Source: Eledone cirrhosa
Lineage: Eukaryota
DNA length: 34,381 nt
NCBI GenBank assembly: GCA_964016885.1
Contig: CAXHJY010001733.1
Coordinates: 1-34,381, forward strand
Direction of reading: 5' to 3'
Shown: positions 1 through 14,990 of the stretch, piece by piece
Position numbering within the stretch: position 1 is the first letter of the stretch
Layout: each line of letters begins with the position of its first letter
Notes under the pieces: generated by a model
Told to the model about the DNA's origin: nothing
Databases searched by the model: none
What the model saw: only the letters and a program-made list of their open reading frames with translations
Translations under genes and position numbers: made by a program

Positions 1-1175
<1,175 letters not shown>

Positions 1176-1204
1176 TGCTTTCTAGCACAGCCACGTCACT
1201 TAGT

Positions 1205-1340
1205 TCAGCCTGAGTTACAGCCTGAGTTCAAATCCCGCCGAATTTAACTTTGCCCTTTATCCTTACGGTGTCGATAAAATAAAGTACTAGTAATGTACTG
1301 AGTATTTTGCTGGCCTTGTGCCTAAAGTAGTAAAAATTAT
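1205..1340 (+). mobile_element. tRNA-derived SINE family 1, 5'-truncated copy
   Basis: B-box-like GTTCAAATCC at 1226-1235, then aactttgcc..ccttacgg..gtcgataaa..tgctggccttgtgcc..aaagtag, shared with the copies at 8845, 12276 and 24802. Confidence 0.8.
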
Positions 1341-1461
1341 ATATATATATTATATATATTAATTATATATATTTATATGTTATATATGTATTATATATAT
1401 ATATTATATATATATATTATATATATATATCTATTATATATATATATTATATATATATATA

Positions 1462-1860
1462 AAGGGACGAGCAGTCCAAGTAGAAGGTAGTATAATGAAT
1501 AAGGCAATCAAATATTAAGACGGGCAAGGCGGCTGGGCCTTCGGAAATAGTTGCTGAAATGCTGAAAGCATCTGGAACTGTGGGACAAACTATGGTCACC
1601 CGGATAGTAAACCAAGTCATACAGAATGGGTTCTTACCGAAGGACTGGCGTAGCAGCATCATCATTAACTGCTACAAGGGTAAAGGATATGCCCTAGATA
1701 GAGGAAACTATAGAGGCATTAAATTAATTGACCAGGTCATGAAGGTCACAGAAAAAGTAATAGCGCAATTAATCAGAGAGCGAATTGATGTGGATGAAAT
1801 GCAGTTTGGGTTTGTGTCAGGTAAAAGTACCACATACGCTCTTTTCATTGTACCACAACT
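1462..1860 (+). pseudogene. RTE-clade LINE reverse transcriptase fragment (N-terminal RT region)
   Basis: Translation ..IKTGKAAGPSEIVAEMLKASG..LPKDWRSSIIINCYKGKGYALDRGNYRGIKLIDQVMKVTEKVI..IDVDEMQFGFVSGKSTT..LFIV matches the non-LTR RT motifs GKAPGPD, W..S.I..KGKG, NYRGI.L and QFGF..GKST. There is a frameshift near 1510, and both ends are cut off by (TA)n. Confidence 0.9.
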
Positions 1861-1979
1861 ACATACATATAATATATATATTACATATATATATAATATA
1901 TATATTATATATTATATATATATATATAATATATATATATATTATATATATATATATATAATTTATATATATATATATA

Positions 1980-2126
<147 letters not shown>

Positions 2127-2182
2127 CAGACACGATTTTTAACTGCGGTAAGAATTTTTTCTTATATCAAAGTTTAATGGGC

Positions 2183-2282
2183 TTCCACTGATGATTTATA
2201 AGCGCCCACCTAAATATATTCTTACCTGAATATATGTTAGGCTTCTACATAAACTGGAAACATTCTCCTAATTTGTAGAAAA
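2183..2282 (+). ncRNA. Degenerate type I hammerhead ribozyme-like motif
   Basis: CTGATGA 2188-2194; long stem II with inner hairpin cctaa-atatattc/gaatatat-g-ttagg; GAAA 2257-2260; CA..TG stem III; GUA 2275-2277. Stem I and the base of stem II pair poorly. Confidence 0.4.
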
Positions 2283-2493
2283 CTTATAATGAAACAATTG
2301 TTTGGAAAGAGAGATATATTTTAACTTTAATTATATTTCATAAAATAGTACAACTGGCTTTCCACATAATACATATAGTTAGCACCCCAAACACTTAAAT
2401 TGGGTTTATACTAACATATAACCTAATGTTTGTTGAGTGAGATGGCTACCTGTCAGAGTTTAGCTTTAAGCTATCTCTGTTATTGTATTAAAT

Positions 2494-2521
<28 letters not shown>

Positions 2522-2524
<3 letters not shown>

Positions 2525-3067
2525 GATAAATCTACCAAGAGTATACGGTAGTGTCCAATCCGTATGAAGAACTCAATGTAATCCGGATATCATGGAAAGA
2601 AGAGATGCAATGAAAAATCACTTTCGGTGAAAGATAAACGGAATACAGAGTCAAGATAAAATATTAAAAAAATAATGAATAAAACAATGAAACAGTTCCT
2701 TATATTAAACAAAAAAAGTTCATTATTTAACGATCGTTTCTAGGATATATATGTGTTAGAATTGGCATGCATATTCAACAGATCTATGTACAAAATTATA
2801 CAAAATTATACAAACTATCAAAATTAAATATACATACCAAACACATATATATGCCGTCTTCATTTTTTCTGAAGACGGCATATATATGTGTTTGGTATGT
2901 ATATTTAATTTTGATAGTTTGTATAATTTTGTATAATTTTGTCCATAGATCTGTTGAATATGCATGCCAATTCTAACACATATATATCCTAGAAACGATC
3001 GTTAAATAATGAACTTTTTTTGTTTAATATAAGGAACTGTTTCATTGTTTTATTCATTATTTTTTTA

Positions 3068-3076
<9 letters not shown>
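2522..3076. mobile_element. Fold-back element A (PLE pLTR-like): 134-bp extension plus 207-bp inverted repeat
   Basis: Arms 2656-2862 and 2870-3076 with a 7-nt loop and one visible mismatch; flanked by (TA)n; HHR motif in the right arm. Confidence 0.75.
2859..3013 (+). ncRNA. Type I hammerhead ribozyme with long stem II
   Basis: Stem I ttcatt-t-ttt / aaa-t-aatgaa; CTGAAGA 2869-2875; stem II atatatatgtgtt/aacacatatatat; GAAAC-GATC-GTT 2992-3003 (palindromic stem III, GUU site). Confidence 0.6.
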
Positions 3077-3145
<69 letters not shown>

Positions 3146-3150
<5 letters not shown>

Positions 3151-3492
3151 GTAATAATAGTAAATTTGAAGAATAAATCCAAAGAGGGCTCGATAAGGAT
3201 AACTATATATCAAATATATAATAAGCGTAGAGCAAATATTCATTAAAATAACAGATTAAAGTTTAAGCAAAGAATCGCTTCTTTCACCCTTAACGGGATC
3301 TTCTGAAACTAACAAAGGACTATGTGATTTTAGGTAGATCCCGTTAAGGGTGAAAGCAGCGATTCTTTGCTTAAACTTTAATCTGTTATTTTAATAAATA
3401 TTTGCTCTACGGTTCTTATATATTTGATATATATTTATCCTTATAGAGCCCTCTTTGGAATTTAGTCTTCAAATTTACTATTATTACTATAT
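3146..3492. mobile_element. Fold-back element B: ~155-bp diverged inverted repeat with a degenerate HHR
   Basis: Arms ~3146-3301 and 3336-3492 with several mismatches and a 34-nt spacer. Minus strand 3310-3260 reads agttt CAGAAGA t ccc gttaa ggg t GAAA g(a/c)a..tgc TT aaact. Confidence 0.7.
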
Positions 3493-3654
3493 TATATATA
3501 TATATATATTATATATATATATATAATATATATATATTATATATATATATATATAATATATATATTATATATATATATATAATATATATATTATATATAT
3601 ATATATAATATATACATTATATATATATATATATATAACATATACATTATATAT

Positions 3655-3712
<58 letters not shown>

Positions 3713-3715
3713 ATA

Positions 3716-3757
<42 letters not shown>

Positions 3758-3780
3758 TATAAATATATATATATATAATA

Positions 3781-3857
<77 letters not shown>

Positions 3858-4894
3858 CACGCTATGCTGGTAATGGATATAGATATCATTGTATATATGT
3901 GGCTGTTTTTATGCCGGTGTGCTATTAGTCAGAGATGCGCGTTGTACATATCAATCTCTGTTTCCCTCCTCCACCTTATCCTAAAACACACTACCTTCAT
4001 ATATATATATATATAATCTTTTAATCTGACATACACTCTCTCTTTAACTCTGGAGATCTATCTCTTTTCTTAACCAATTCAATGTACCTTGTTAACGTGG
4101 CCTGTTGTCTGTAAGTTAAATGACAAATGCTCTAGGAATTCTGCTGGAGAACGCATGTTCTTGTCTTTTACCGAAATGATAAGAGTATATATCACGAATT
4201 CTACAGAATTTATGTCTTATCAATATTATTAGAAGGGAGTCTTCATAAAGCAAAAATATCCCCGTTCAGACACGTACACTCACAAAAACCAACACACATA
4301 CATACATATACATAGGCCTACATGCAGACATGTTTAACCATTCAAAAACTAGATACTGATGTATAGATATCTAATAGGCGTTGGCGAAAATTAATAATGA
4401 TGTTTGTTCTTCATGTCGATGATGATAATAATAAAAATAATATTAAGGAGGTTGATTTTACCCATACTTTTATATAGTTTTCTGTATGGATACCGATGAG
4501 TTTTAAGCGGTTTTCCCCACATCGACATTCAAAGATGAGCCATTGAAAAAGTACCAGTGAGTGACTTGCCTTATCATGAAATCCTATAATAGTTATATAC
4601 ATTATTTTGGAATATTGCAATACATTCCATCTACTTAGTTATCCACTTTTCTCCTCATATCTTTTGGATAAAATAATCCTTCAGATTATGCCAATCCTGC
4701 TACTGTCATTGCTGGCGGGTAATCCCAGTTCAGGTCCAGGAATAGCAGTTGAAGACTCCCAAATATCACCTGTCAGCAGGATATAATACAATATTATTTA
4801 GCCTTCTTTTCTGTATTTACCTGATCTATACTAATGCCCCCACCTCCACTTACACACACATGTCTTGACAAAAGTGATCTTGAATGAAAATAAA

Positions 4895-5229
4895 ATCGGA
4901 CCTTATTAGTTTCAAATTGCTTGATCAACAGATTAGCCTACTCGTTAAAATTAACATGTCCACCAGGTGTATCCATTATAATTCTCAGAAAGATTCTGCA
5001 TGGCACAGTGTGTGACAATGTTAACTTAGCTGGCCGCTTACGAGGTCCTAACTTATAGAAGGTTTCTCAGATACTTTAATGATAGAATCATCATTCCTAT
5101 TATAAAATGCTACGTGAGATCTTACTCAAGAGCATAATATGCTGCCTGATAACGGAATTGAATCTACGACCGTTTGAACCGTTTGGTGGTCAGTCCAACA
5201 TTCTAACCACTAGAACTTGCGCCTTCACA
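4895..5229 (-). mobile_element. tRNA-derived SINE family 2, degenerate
   Basis: Minus strand begins gtgaaggcgcaagttctagtggttagaatgttggactg (tRNA head with A-box-like motif), then gattcaattcc (B-box-like) and ctcttgagtaagat. The 3' boundary is approximate. Confidence 0.65.
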
Positions 5230-5581
5230 CGATAATCATTAAGGAAAACATATTTAGCAAAAACCACAGCAAATACATAAATAATAAATTTTTCAATTCC
5301 AAAGCAATTTTCTTATAGGTATCCCCTAGGTTAAGAATTGTAGGTCTAAACTGAACAATATGTAGTATCGTAGATGTGGTTTTGAGGAGAGAGACGATGG
5401 AGAAGGTTGACTTGAACATTAGGGTATGGGATGAGGATTGTGGTGGTGGTGTTAGAGATGGAGGTGGGTGCAGTGGCGGGGGCTAAAAGCGGATTATCTA
5501 CTACTACTACTACTGTAATGTTGGGTCGATATCATAGTAGATGCTAGCATTATTACTACTTTTGCTACTACTATTATTATT

Positions 5582-5710
5582 TGGCAGTATCGTTAGAGCA
5601 TTGGACACCATACTTTGCAGCATAGGAGTTACGGCCCTTTACATTCTGAGTTTAAAGCACCAGTAATACACGGGGTAATTGCTGGCCTTGTGCCAAAAGT
5701 AGAAACATTA
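5582..5710 (+). mobile_element. SINE family 1, internally deleted copy
   Basis: tggcagtatcgttagagc head, gagttacggcccttt..ttctgagtt, tail tgctggccttgtgccaaaagtagaaac followed by (ATT)n. Confidence 0.75.
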
Positions 5711-5726
5711 TTATTATTATTATATT

Positions 5727-5890
5727 AGCAGAATCGGTAGTGCATCGGACACACTGCTTCAAGGCATTAAGTTACGGTCCTTTACATTCAAATCCTACTT
5801 AAGTTAGCTTTGCCTTTCCTCCTTACGGGGTCGATTTAATCGACATTCCCATCCCCTTCAAATTGCTGGCCTTGTGTCTAAAGTAAAAAC
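5727..5890 (+). mobile_element. SINE family 1 copy, tandem to the previous one
   Basis: gcagaatcggtagtgc head, ttcaaatcc, ctttgcctttcctccttacggggtcgat, tgctggccttgtgtctaaagt, then a (CAA/CTA)n tail. Confidence 0.75.
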
Positions 5891-6139
5891 AACAACAACT
5901 ACTACTACTATTACTACTACTACTACTACTACTACTAGTAGTAGTAGTAGTTACTAGTAGTAGTAGTAGTAGCAGCAGCAGCAGGAATTGTTATTGTTGT
6001 TGTTGTTGTTTGAATTGTTTTGCAGACGGTGATGGTGTTATAGAAACGAATGACATTCTAGTACAATTACACAATATTTCTGTAACCTGCCCCATCCCCC
6101 ACCATAAACATGTAAATAAACCCACAATACACACACATA

Positions 6140-6182
<43 letters not shown>

Positions 6183-6235
6183 ACGCATCCTTTCATCATA
6201 CATTAATACTTTAAACAATTTCATACTTCGACTAA

Positions 6236-6280
<45 letters not shown>

Positions 6281-6827
6281 TCATTCAGCCACTCATTATA
6301 TTTCTATAAGAGTATATGTAATGATGTGGCCGTGTGTATGTGCGTATATGTGTGTATATTTGTCAGTGGATATGCGTGTAGTGGTATAGTGACAACCACA
6401 CAGAAAGAGTTTATTGCTATCAAGTGTTTGGACGGTAACACTGAACTACTCCAGTGATCGTTACATGGAACTCATCCGACCCAACAGTAAGTCCTACATG
6501 TAATTCTACCCCCCCCCCCCCCATTATTTCCCGTTCTCCCTCACACTTTCTTTCTCTCTGTCTTATATGCAGCCTTCCTAATGGTGCAGCAGCAGCTGTT
6601 TACAAAAAGTGGTAGTGATGATGATGCTTTTTTGTGGTGGTGGTGGTGGTGTTGAAAAAAAAATGGACTGACTGATGTATGTTGCTATGCACACTGCTGC
6701 CACCTGTTTGCATATACCGTACCCACACACACATGTACACTTGCACACACATGCATATTTAATTCGATGGCTACGTGAAGCAGATATACATAAACTTTTG
6801 TAGACAAGTATGTGCGTGTATGTATGC

Positions 6828-6869
<42 letters not shown>

Positions 6870-6883
6870 TTATTTATTTATTT

Positions 6884-7092
6884 AATTATTAACTTATATA
6901 CATTTATATATATATATATATTTATTTATTTAATTATTAACTTATACACATTTATATATATATATATTTATTTATTTAATTATTAACTTATACACATTTA
7001 TATATATATATATTTATTTATTTAATTATTAACTTATACACATTTATATATATATATATTTATTTATTTAATTATTAACTTATATACATTTA
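6884..7092. repeat. ~46-bp minisatellite, 5 copies
   Basis: aattattaacttatacacattt(at)n(ttta)n units start at 6884, 6932, 6978, 7024 and 7070. Confidence 0.9.
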
Positions 7093-7320
7093 TCTCCCTC
7101 TCTCTCTATATATATATATTATTTATTTATTTATTTATTATTTTATATACATTTATATATATATATATATTATTTATTTAATTATTTATTAATAATTTAT
7201 ATACATTTATATATATTTATATACATTTTTATATATTTATAAATGTGTATATAAAGGTGTATATATATATATATATATATGTGTGTGTTTGTGTGTGAGT
7301 GTGTATATATATATATATAT

Positions 7321-7364
7321 ATACGGATTGGACACTACCGTACATTTTGGTAGATTTATCTACT
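7321..7364 (-). mobile_element. Solo terminal fragment of element A
   Basis: Reverse complement of the element A tip at ~2522-2565 (gtagataaatctacca..tacggtagtgtccaatccgtat), embedded in (TA)n. Confidence 0.8.
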
Positions 7365-8019
7365 ATATATATATATATGTATATGTCATCAGATTATCTC
7401 TTTTTCAATGAATACATATCTATTCTATGACATGTGTAGCTGCCGTCAGTCAGTCGGAAAATGCGAAAATACGGGGCTTCAAATACAACGCTTGTCCACT
7501 GTTTAACCAACCTTATATTAATATTGCTATAAAGCACTTCACCACTATCACGACAATGCTTCGATTACATTCATTTCCATTTTGACAGATCCACACCCAT
7601 CGAATTATGATTGGTAGAATATTCTATATTTGCTGGTTCCTTTCGCTCGCTATATCAGATTGTTGATGGCGATTTCTCTCTCCCCCTCTATCTCTCACTG
7701 TTTCTATCTTCTCTGTTGCTTCCTTTCTCACTCTCTTTCCCTATCTCCTTTCTCGTTACTTCCCTCTTCCCCTCTCTGTCTCTCTCCTTACACGGACATA
7801 TTTGAGGGGTTGTACGCGTCAGTTGTTCAAGACACTGCCTCAACAATTACGCCTGCTAGAAATAGTAGGTATATTTCCGTTAACTTTCTCCCTTCTTTTC
7901 TTTAATAAGCAAAGATTTGTTGTATAATAAATGTCCTATTATAGAAATGTTACGAGAGGCTCACGACCGAGCGGCGGGGGTGGGATTCTTTGTTTTTTTT
8001 TATATATAATTTCAAGGAG

Positions 8020-8176
8020 AAGGCGAAATTGTAAAATCGTTAGTGTGACGGATTAAAACTTCCTTGGTATTTTTTCCAGTTCACTGCGTTCTGAGTTCCA
8101 TTCCAAAGAAAATCAACTTTGTTATTTATCCTTTCATGGTCGAAACATAAAATACCAGTTCAGTACTGTGGTCAAT
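8020..8176 (+). mobile_element. SINE family 1, old degenerate copy
   Basis: aatcgttag..gttctgagttccattcc..tcaactttg..tcctttcatggtcgaaacataaaataccag. Confidence 0.6.
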
Positions 8177-8196
8177 TCCTCCAACAACCAGCCCCA

Positions 8197-8284
<88 letters not shown>

Positions 8285-8721
8285 TCATCTCTCACTGGAG
8301 GGGGATGGAATCACCATATTAAAAAAAAAACAATATCCAAGTCACGTTGTGTGAGAATCCACTCCCCTTACGATTTCGTCAAGAGTTAAGGGCCCTTTAC
8401 TTTTTCCCTTCAATAAATTTCATGACTGACATTGAGTGAATAACTGAAGCAACAACATTATACAGATGCGTTTTGCTGTCTATTTTGACCGAAGACAGCG
8501 ATTACTACTGCTACTGGCTAACTGTATTTCCGTAGCTAGTAGTACAGGCACTGGCGTCTTCTACAGACAAATCACGAGAAAAAGAATGAAAAACAATGTT
8601 TGCTATGTGTGTGTAATTGGTTAATAGCGAATCGGATTACCCCATTACACACACCCACACACACACATACACACATACACGCACATATATATATATATAT
8701 ATAGCGAATCTGTTTACCTTT

Positions 8722-8767
<46 letters not shown>

Positions 8768-8844
8768 AGGCCATATTAGGGCCCGCAATCCCACATTGAA
8801 AAGTTCTTAGAGGAAAATGATGTAAATTTTCACTGGTTATCCAT

Positions 8845-9004
8845 TGTTACCATGCTTTGACGCATAGAGTTACGGCCCTTGCCGTTCTGAGTTCAAATCC
8901 CGCCGAGGTTAACTTTGCCTTTCATCCTTACGGGGTCGATAACATAAAGTACCAGTAATACACTGGGTTATTTGCTGGCCTTGTGCCAACAGTAGAAACA
9001 ATTA
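8845..9004 (+). mobile_element. SINE family 1 copy
   Basis: gagttacggcccttgccgttctgagttcaaatcccgccgaggttaactttgcctttcatccttacggggtcgat..tgctggccttgtgccaacagtagaaac. Confidence 0.85.
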
Positions 9005-9222
9005 TATATATATATATATATATATATTTAGGTTTGTTGGTTCACCACTGGATAGAATTGGTCATTCCGTATGGTCAATCTTGATGTAATATTATGGAGA
9101 GTACTCAACGTAGTGCAGTTCACCCGTCTTCGTTTGTGTAGTTGGTGGTGCTAATACGGAGTTAATTATTATAAATAAAATAACAGGACGCTGGACTGGT
9201 GTAAGTCCTTGAAAAGTTTATT

Positions 9223-9280
9223 ATACTATGATCATTTCAATGACCGGGTTCCGTATGATTCCGGTGATATCATCAGGTAT
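9223..9280 (-). ncRNA. Minimal type I hammerhead ribozyme (family C)
   Basis: atac CTGATGA tatcaccgg..ccggtcatt GAAA TGATCA TA gtat on the minus strand. Confidence 0.75.
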
Positions 9281-9589
9281 TCAAAATATAACAATATAAT
9301 AATATATATGGGTTCTTTGGAATAACATTTTTCGCGGCGTCTTTTAGCAATGACTGGTGTGACCCTTACGCTGACTTTTCTTCTTTCTTTCTTTCTTTTT
9401 TTATTCTCGGACGGAGAGGTGGTAGGACATTATAAGCCATCGCCCCCTCACCAAGATGGTCATTCGTAGACCGAGTTGCCTTCACTTGAAGGCGACTGAC
9501 CGAGGTGAAAGCAGCTAGTTGGTCAGTCGTCCTCTCTGTCTCTGATTTTCGGACCCAGGGATTTTATATATTCCTTTGTTATATTTCGA

Positions 9590-9647
9590 ATACCTGATGA
9601 TATCACCGGATTCATACGGTACCCGGTCATTGAAATGATCATAGTAT
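9590..9647 (+). ncRNA. Minimal type I hammerhead ribozyme (family C)
   Basis: Stem I atac/gtat; CTGATGA 9594-9600; stem II accgg/ccggt; GAAA 9632-9635; palindromic TGATCA; AUA site 9641-9643; AATAAA immediately downstream. Confidence 0.78.
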
Positions 9648-9915
9648 AATAAACGTATCAAGGATTTACAACAGTCCAGCCTCCTGTTATTTTATCTATA
9701 TATGTATATAGTGTATGTAAACATGTATACATGCTCTGCGTAAAACATGTTTTTCTTTAAGTATTATTCATAATTTTTTGTTATCGTTACCTTTTTTTAC
9801 TAAGAGCTCAATATTCGTGTGTTTCCGCCGATGAAGATTATGACGGAGGTGTAGCTGATGTTGACCGCCGACGCTTCATTTTTGTGACAGTGATAGTCAT
9901 ATGAAATAAACAAAA

Positions 9916-9954
<39 letters not shown>

Positions 9955-10001
9955 GAGGAGGAGGAGGAGGAGTAGTGGTAGTAGTATTAGTAGTAGTAGT
10001 A

Positions 10002-10185
10002 GTTTCTACTTTAGGCAAACAGCTAGCAATTTAAAGGGGAGAGGAAAATCGATTAAATCAACCCTGGTCTGATACGGGTACTGTATTATATCGACCCCGT
10101 AAGGGTGGAAGATGAAGCTAATCTCAGTGGGATTTGAACTAAGGGTCGTAACTCTGTACCGCAACACATAGTGTTCAACGCTCTA
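10002..10185 (-). mobile_element. SINE family 1 copy with (CTA)n tail at 9917-10001
   Basis: Reverse complement of gagttacg..gttcaaatccc..ccttacggggtcgat..gatttaatcga..aaattgct..cctaaagtagaaac. Confidence 0.75.
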
Positions 10186-10207
10186 ATAATAATAATAAAC
10201 ATGGAGT

Positions 10208-10994
<787 letters not shown>

Positions 10995-11304
10995 TATTTT
11001 GTGTAATTGTATAGATATGAACGAATATATTTTGCACATATAGAGATAAACGTGCCTGTATGCATGTGTCAATTACGGCTAATGCCAAACTGACTACCTA
11101 CAGTACTTACCTTTACTCGATATTAATGACACGATTTCGAACTGACCGAATTAATTTTCTGTTGAACATACATACAGCTGTTCACACACACATACATGAT
11201 CGCACTCAGACGCTATTACCAGCACGAATCATAAATGCCACGTTCGAATATAGGGAGTATATAAAGATAAACATATAAATATATATATATATGTATATAT
11301 ATAT

Positions 11305-11680
<376 letters not shown>

Positions 11681-11744
11681 ATATATATACATTATATATA
11701 TATATATATATATTAGTATATATAAATATATATATGTATATATA

Positions 11745-11890
11745 TAACAAGGGAAATGTGGTAAGGAACCAGGTGGACCATAACGCACCAAAGTACTCAA
11801 TACTTAGGGTAGTAGAGTGGGTAATAGGAACGAGTAGGAACCCGACGGCTGAGCTCAAGCCGTTTCGACGGCTAATTCTGGACTAAATAT
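11745..11890 (-). mobile_element. Family F solo copy
   Basis: Homologous to both arms of the 25148-25395 palindrome; minus strand GAAAC GGCT tgagctc AGCC GTC. Confidence 0.8.
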
Positions 11891-12039
11891 ATATATATAT
11901 ATATTACTATATATATATATATATTACTATATATATATATATATATATTACTATATATATATATATATATATACTAGTATATATACATATATATATACAT
12001 ATATGTATATATATTAGTATATATACATATATATATACA

Positions 12040-12127
<88 letters not shown>

Positions 12128-12129
12128 TG

Positions 12130-12162
<33 letters not shown>

Positions 12163-12188
12163 TAGTATATATACATATATATATACAC

Positions 12189-12225
<37 letters not shown>

Positions 12226-12275
12226 GAAACAATTATATATATATATATATATATCTATATATGTATATATATATA

Positions 12276-12442
12276 ATTGTCTCTACTTTTGACAGAAGGC
12301 CATCAATTACCCCAGTGTATTACTTGTACTTTATTTTTATCGACACCGTAAGGATGAAAGGCAATGTTAACCTCGGCGGGATTTGAACTCAGAATGGCAA
12401 GGGCCGTAACTCTTTGCGTAATAACATAGCGTCCGACCCTCT
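12276..12442 (-). mobile_element. SINE family 1 copy
   Basis: Reverse complement of the 8845-9004 and 24802-24960 sequence, including B-box GTTCAAATCC. Confidence 0.85.
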
Positions 12443-12830
12443 ATATATATATATACTAATATATATATGATAATATATATATATTAATTCATATATAACA
12501 ATATATATATATATACATATATATATATTAAAATATATATATATATACATATATCTATATTTTAGTATGTGTGTATATATATATATATTTGTATATATCT
12601 ATATATTTGTCTATATATATATTAGTATATATCTATATAGTTATATATATCTATATATATGTACATATATGTATATATATGTATTTTATATATATATTAG
12701 TATATATACGTATTTTATTATATATATACATATATATATATTAGTATATATATATATATTAGTATATATATGTATATATATATATATATATTAGTATATA
12801 TCTATACATTTATATATGTATATATGTATA

Positions 12831-12899
<69 letters not shown>

Positions 12900-13041
12900 A
12901 AATATACGTATATACATATATATATATATACGAAATATACATATATATATACATATATACAAATATATATATATATACTAATATATATATATATATATAT
13001 ATACAAATATATATATATATACTAATATATATATATATACA

Positions 13042-13072
<31 letters not shown>

Positions 13073-13296
13073 CAGTACATATCTATATATATATATTAGA
13101 CTATATATATATATTTATATATATATGTATATATATATATATATAAATATATATAGATATATACTGATATACATATATATATCTATATATATTTATATAT
13201 ATATATTTATATATATATTTATATATATATATATATATTATTATATATCTATATATTTATATATGTATATATATATATATTAGTATATATCTATAC

Positions 13297-13335
<39 letters not shown>

Positions 13336-13362
13336 TATATATATATATATATATATATATTA

Positions 13363-13421
<59 letters not shown>

Positions 13422-13639
13422 TATATATATATATATATATATATTATTATATATCTATATATTTATATATGTATATATATATATATTAGTATATATCTAT
13501 ACATTTATATATATAATATATATATATATTAGTATATATCTATATATTTATATATGTATATATATATATATATATTAGTATATATATATATATATATATA
13601 TATTAGTATATATCTATATATTTATATATATCTATATAT

Positions 13640-13694
<55 letters not shown>

Positions 13695-13728
13695 TATATA
13701 TATTAGTATATATTTACTTATATATATA
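12443..13728. repeat. Degenerate (TA)n tract with recurrent ttagtatatatctata units
   Basis: Low-complexity TA with repeated variant motifs. Confidence 0.9.
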
Positions 13729-13952
13729 CTGAAGCGCAACAGGTTTATTCATAACCAAATTCAATATGTAATAAGTACCTAGGCTATATATCAGTGTTTT
13801 ATACATAAATGTGTGTATATATATATATTTAGACAATGTGTGTGTCTGTGTGTGTGTGTGTGCGTGTGTGTATGTTTGTGGTAACATACATATGTTTATA
13901 TATATATATGTGTATATATGTGTATAGCTATATGTTTATATTTGTATGTATG

Positions 13953-13985
<33 letters not shown>

Positions 13986-14278
13986 ATATATTATATATAT
14001 ATATATATCTTTCACCATAAATTGACGTAGCCATATACTCTCGTTATTCCCTGTCAATAATGTGCTCAAAGGAAAATGAGTCCTGAACTCTTTAAAATAC
14101 AATATGTTGAAAATGTAACACACTAGAGAGAGATATAGTGTGCATCAATAAAACAGGGAAAACCACCAGTGTATGTAAGCTAATGTAATCTGTAATCTAT
14201 GGAAGGCAGGTTAGACACACAATAATTAAAAATATAAATTAAAATGTATATACGCACCTCTATAACTATATAACACAC

Positions 14279-14353
14279 GCGTACAAATCCAATGAGATCT
14301 GTTTCACCAGGAAGTTGTTGACTGAAATGGAATAGCCTATGGTTCATCAGCGC
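14279..14353 (-). ncRNA. Canonical type I hammerhead ribozyme
   Basis: gcg CTGATGA ACCA..TGGT GAAA CAGATCT catt GGATTTG TA cgc; all three stems pair; GUA site at 14284-14282. Confidence 0.8.
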
Positions 14354-14369
14354 CTACAAGACTATACAT

Positions 14370-14456
14370 TCCAGACAACTCTAAGAGAATCTAAAGCGTC
14401 CAGACAACTCTAAGAGAATCTAAAGCGTCCAGACAACTCTAAGAGAATCTAAAGCG
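14370..14456. repeat. 29-bp perfect tandem repeat, 3 copies
   Basis: tccagacaactctaagagaatctaaagcg at 14370, 14399 and 14428. Confidence 0.95.
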
Positions 14457-14570
14457 ACCGTCCAGCTACACGCGGCAGAGAGATGTCACAGTGTGTTTAG
14501 GGCAGTGAACCAGTGGTATCTGAGGAGCGAGCTGCTAGAAATGTTTTCCCTGTTTTATTGTATGTTTATA

Positions 14571-14743
<173 letters not shown>

Positions 14744-14990
14744 TTTCACTTATATATGCCATCTTCAGAAATATATATATACATATATATATTTATTCAG
14801 GTTTGAGGTTCACCACTGTATAGAGCTGGTCTATTCCGTATGGTCAATCGTAATGCAATAATATAGAGAGTACTCAACGTAAAGCAGTTCAACCGTCTTT
14901 GTTTTTGTAGTTGGTGGTGCTATTACGGAGTTAAATATTATAATGAAATGACAGGAGGCTGGATTTGTGTAAATCCTTGAAAGGTTTATT

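Larger units (their letters stand above)
9030..9700. mobile_element. Fold-back element family C, copy 1 (PLE pLTR-like, two HHRs)
   Basis: ~140-bp extension, then inverted arms ~9170-9294 and 9576-9700 around a unique spacer; homologous to 14799-16033 and 19556-19708. Confidence 0.85.
14146..14560 (-). mobile_element. Element G: HHR-bearing segment bounded by 17-bp inverted termini
   Basis: caataaaacagggaaaa 14146-14162 and ttttccctgttttattg 14544-14560; contains an HHR and a 29-bp triplication. Confidence 0.65.

Noticed and set aside
2756-2976. Mirror-image 69-aa ORFs on both strands
   Set aside because: By-product of the DNA palindrome
4688-4786. Short ORF MPILLLSLLAGNPSSGPG resembling a 2A peptide
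   Set aside because: Lacks the required D(V/I)ExNPGP motif
8885-8905. GTTCAAATCCC as a tRNA gene
   Set aside because: No cloverleaf; it is part of a dispersed SINE
14370-14456. 29-bp repeats as a CRISPR array
   Set aside because: Head-to-tail with no spacers, in a eukaryotic context
14520-14545. CTGAGGA..GAAA on the plus strand
   Set aside because: No proper stem II closure and no stem I or III pairing
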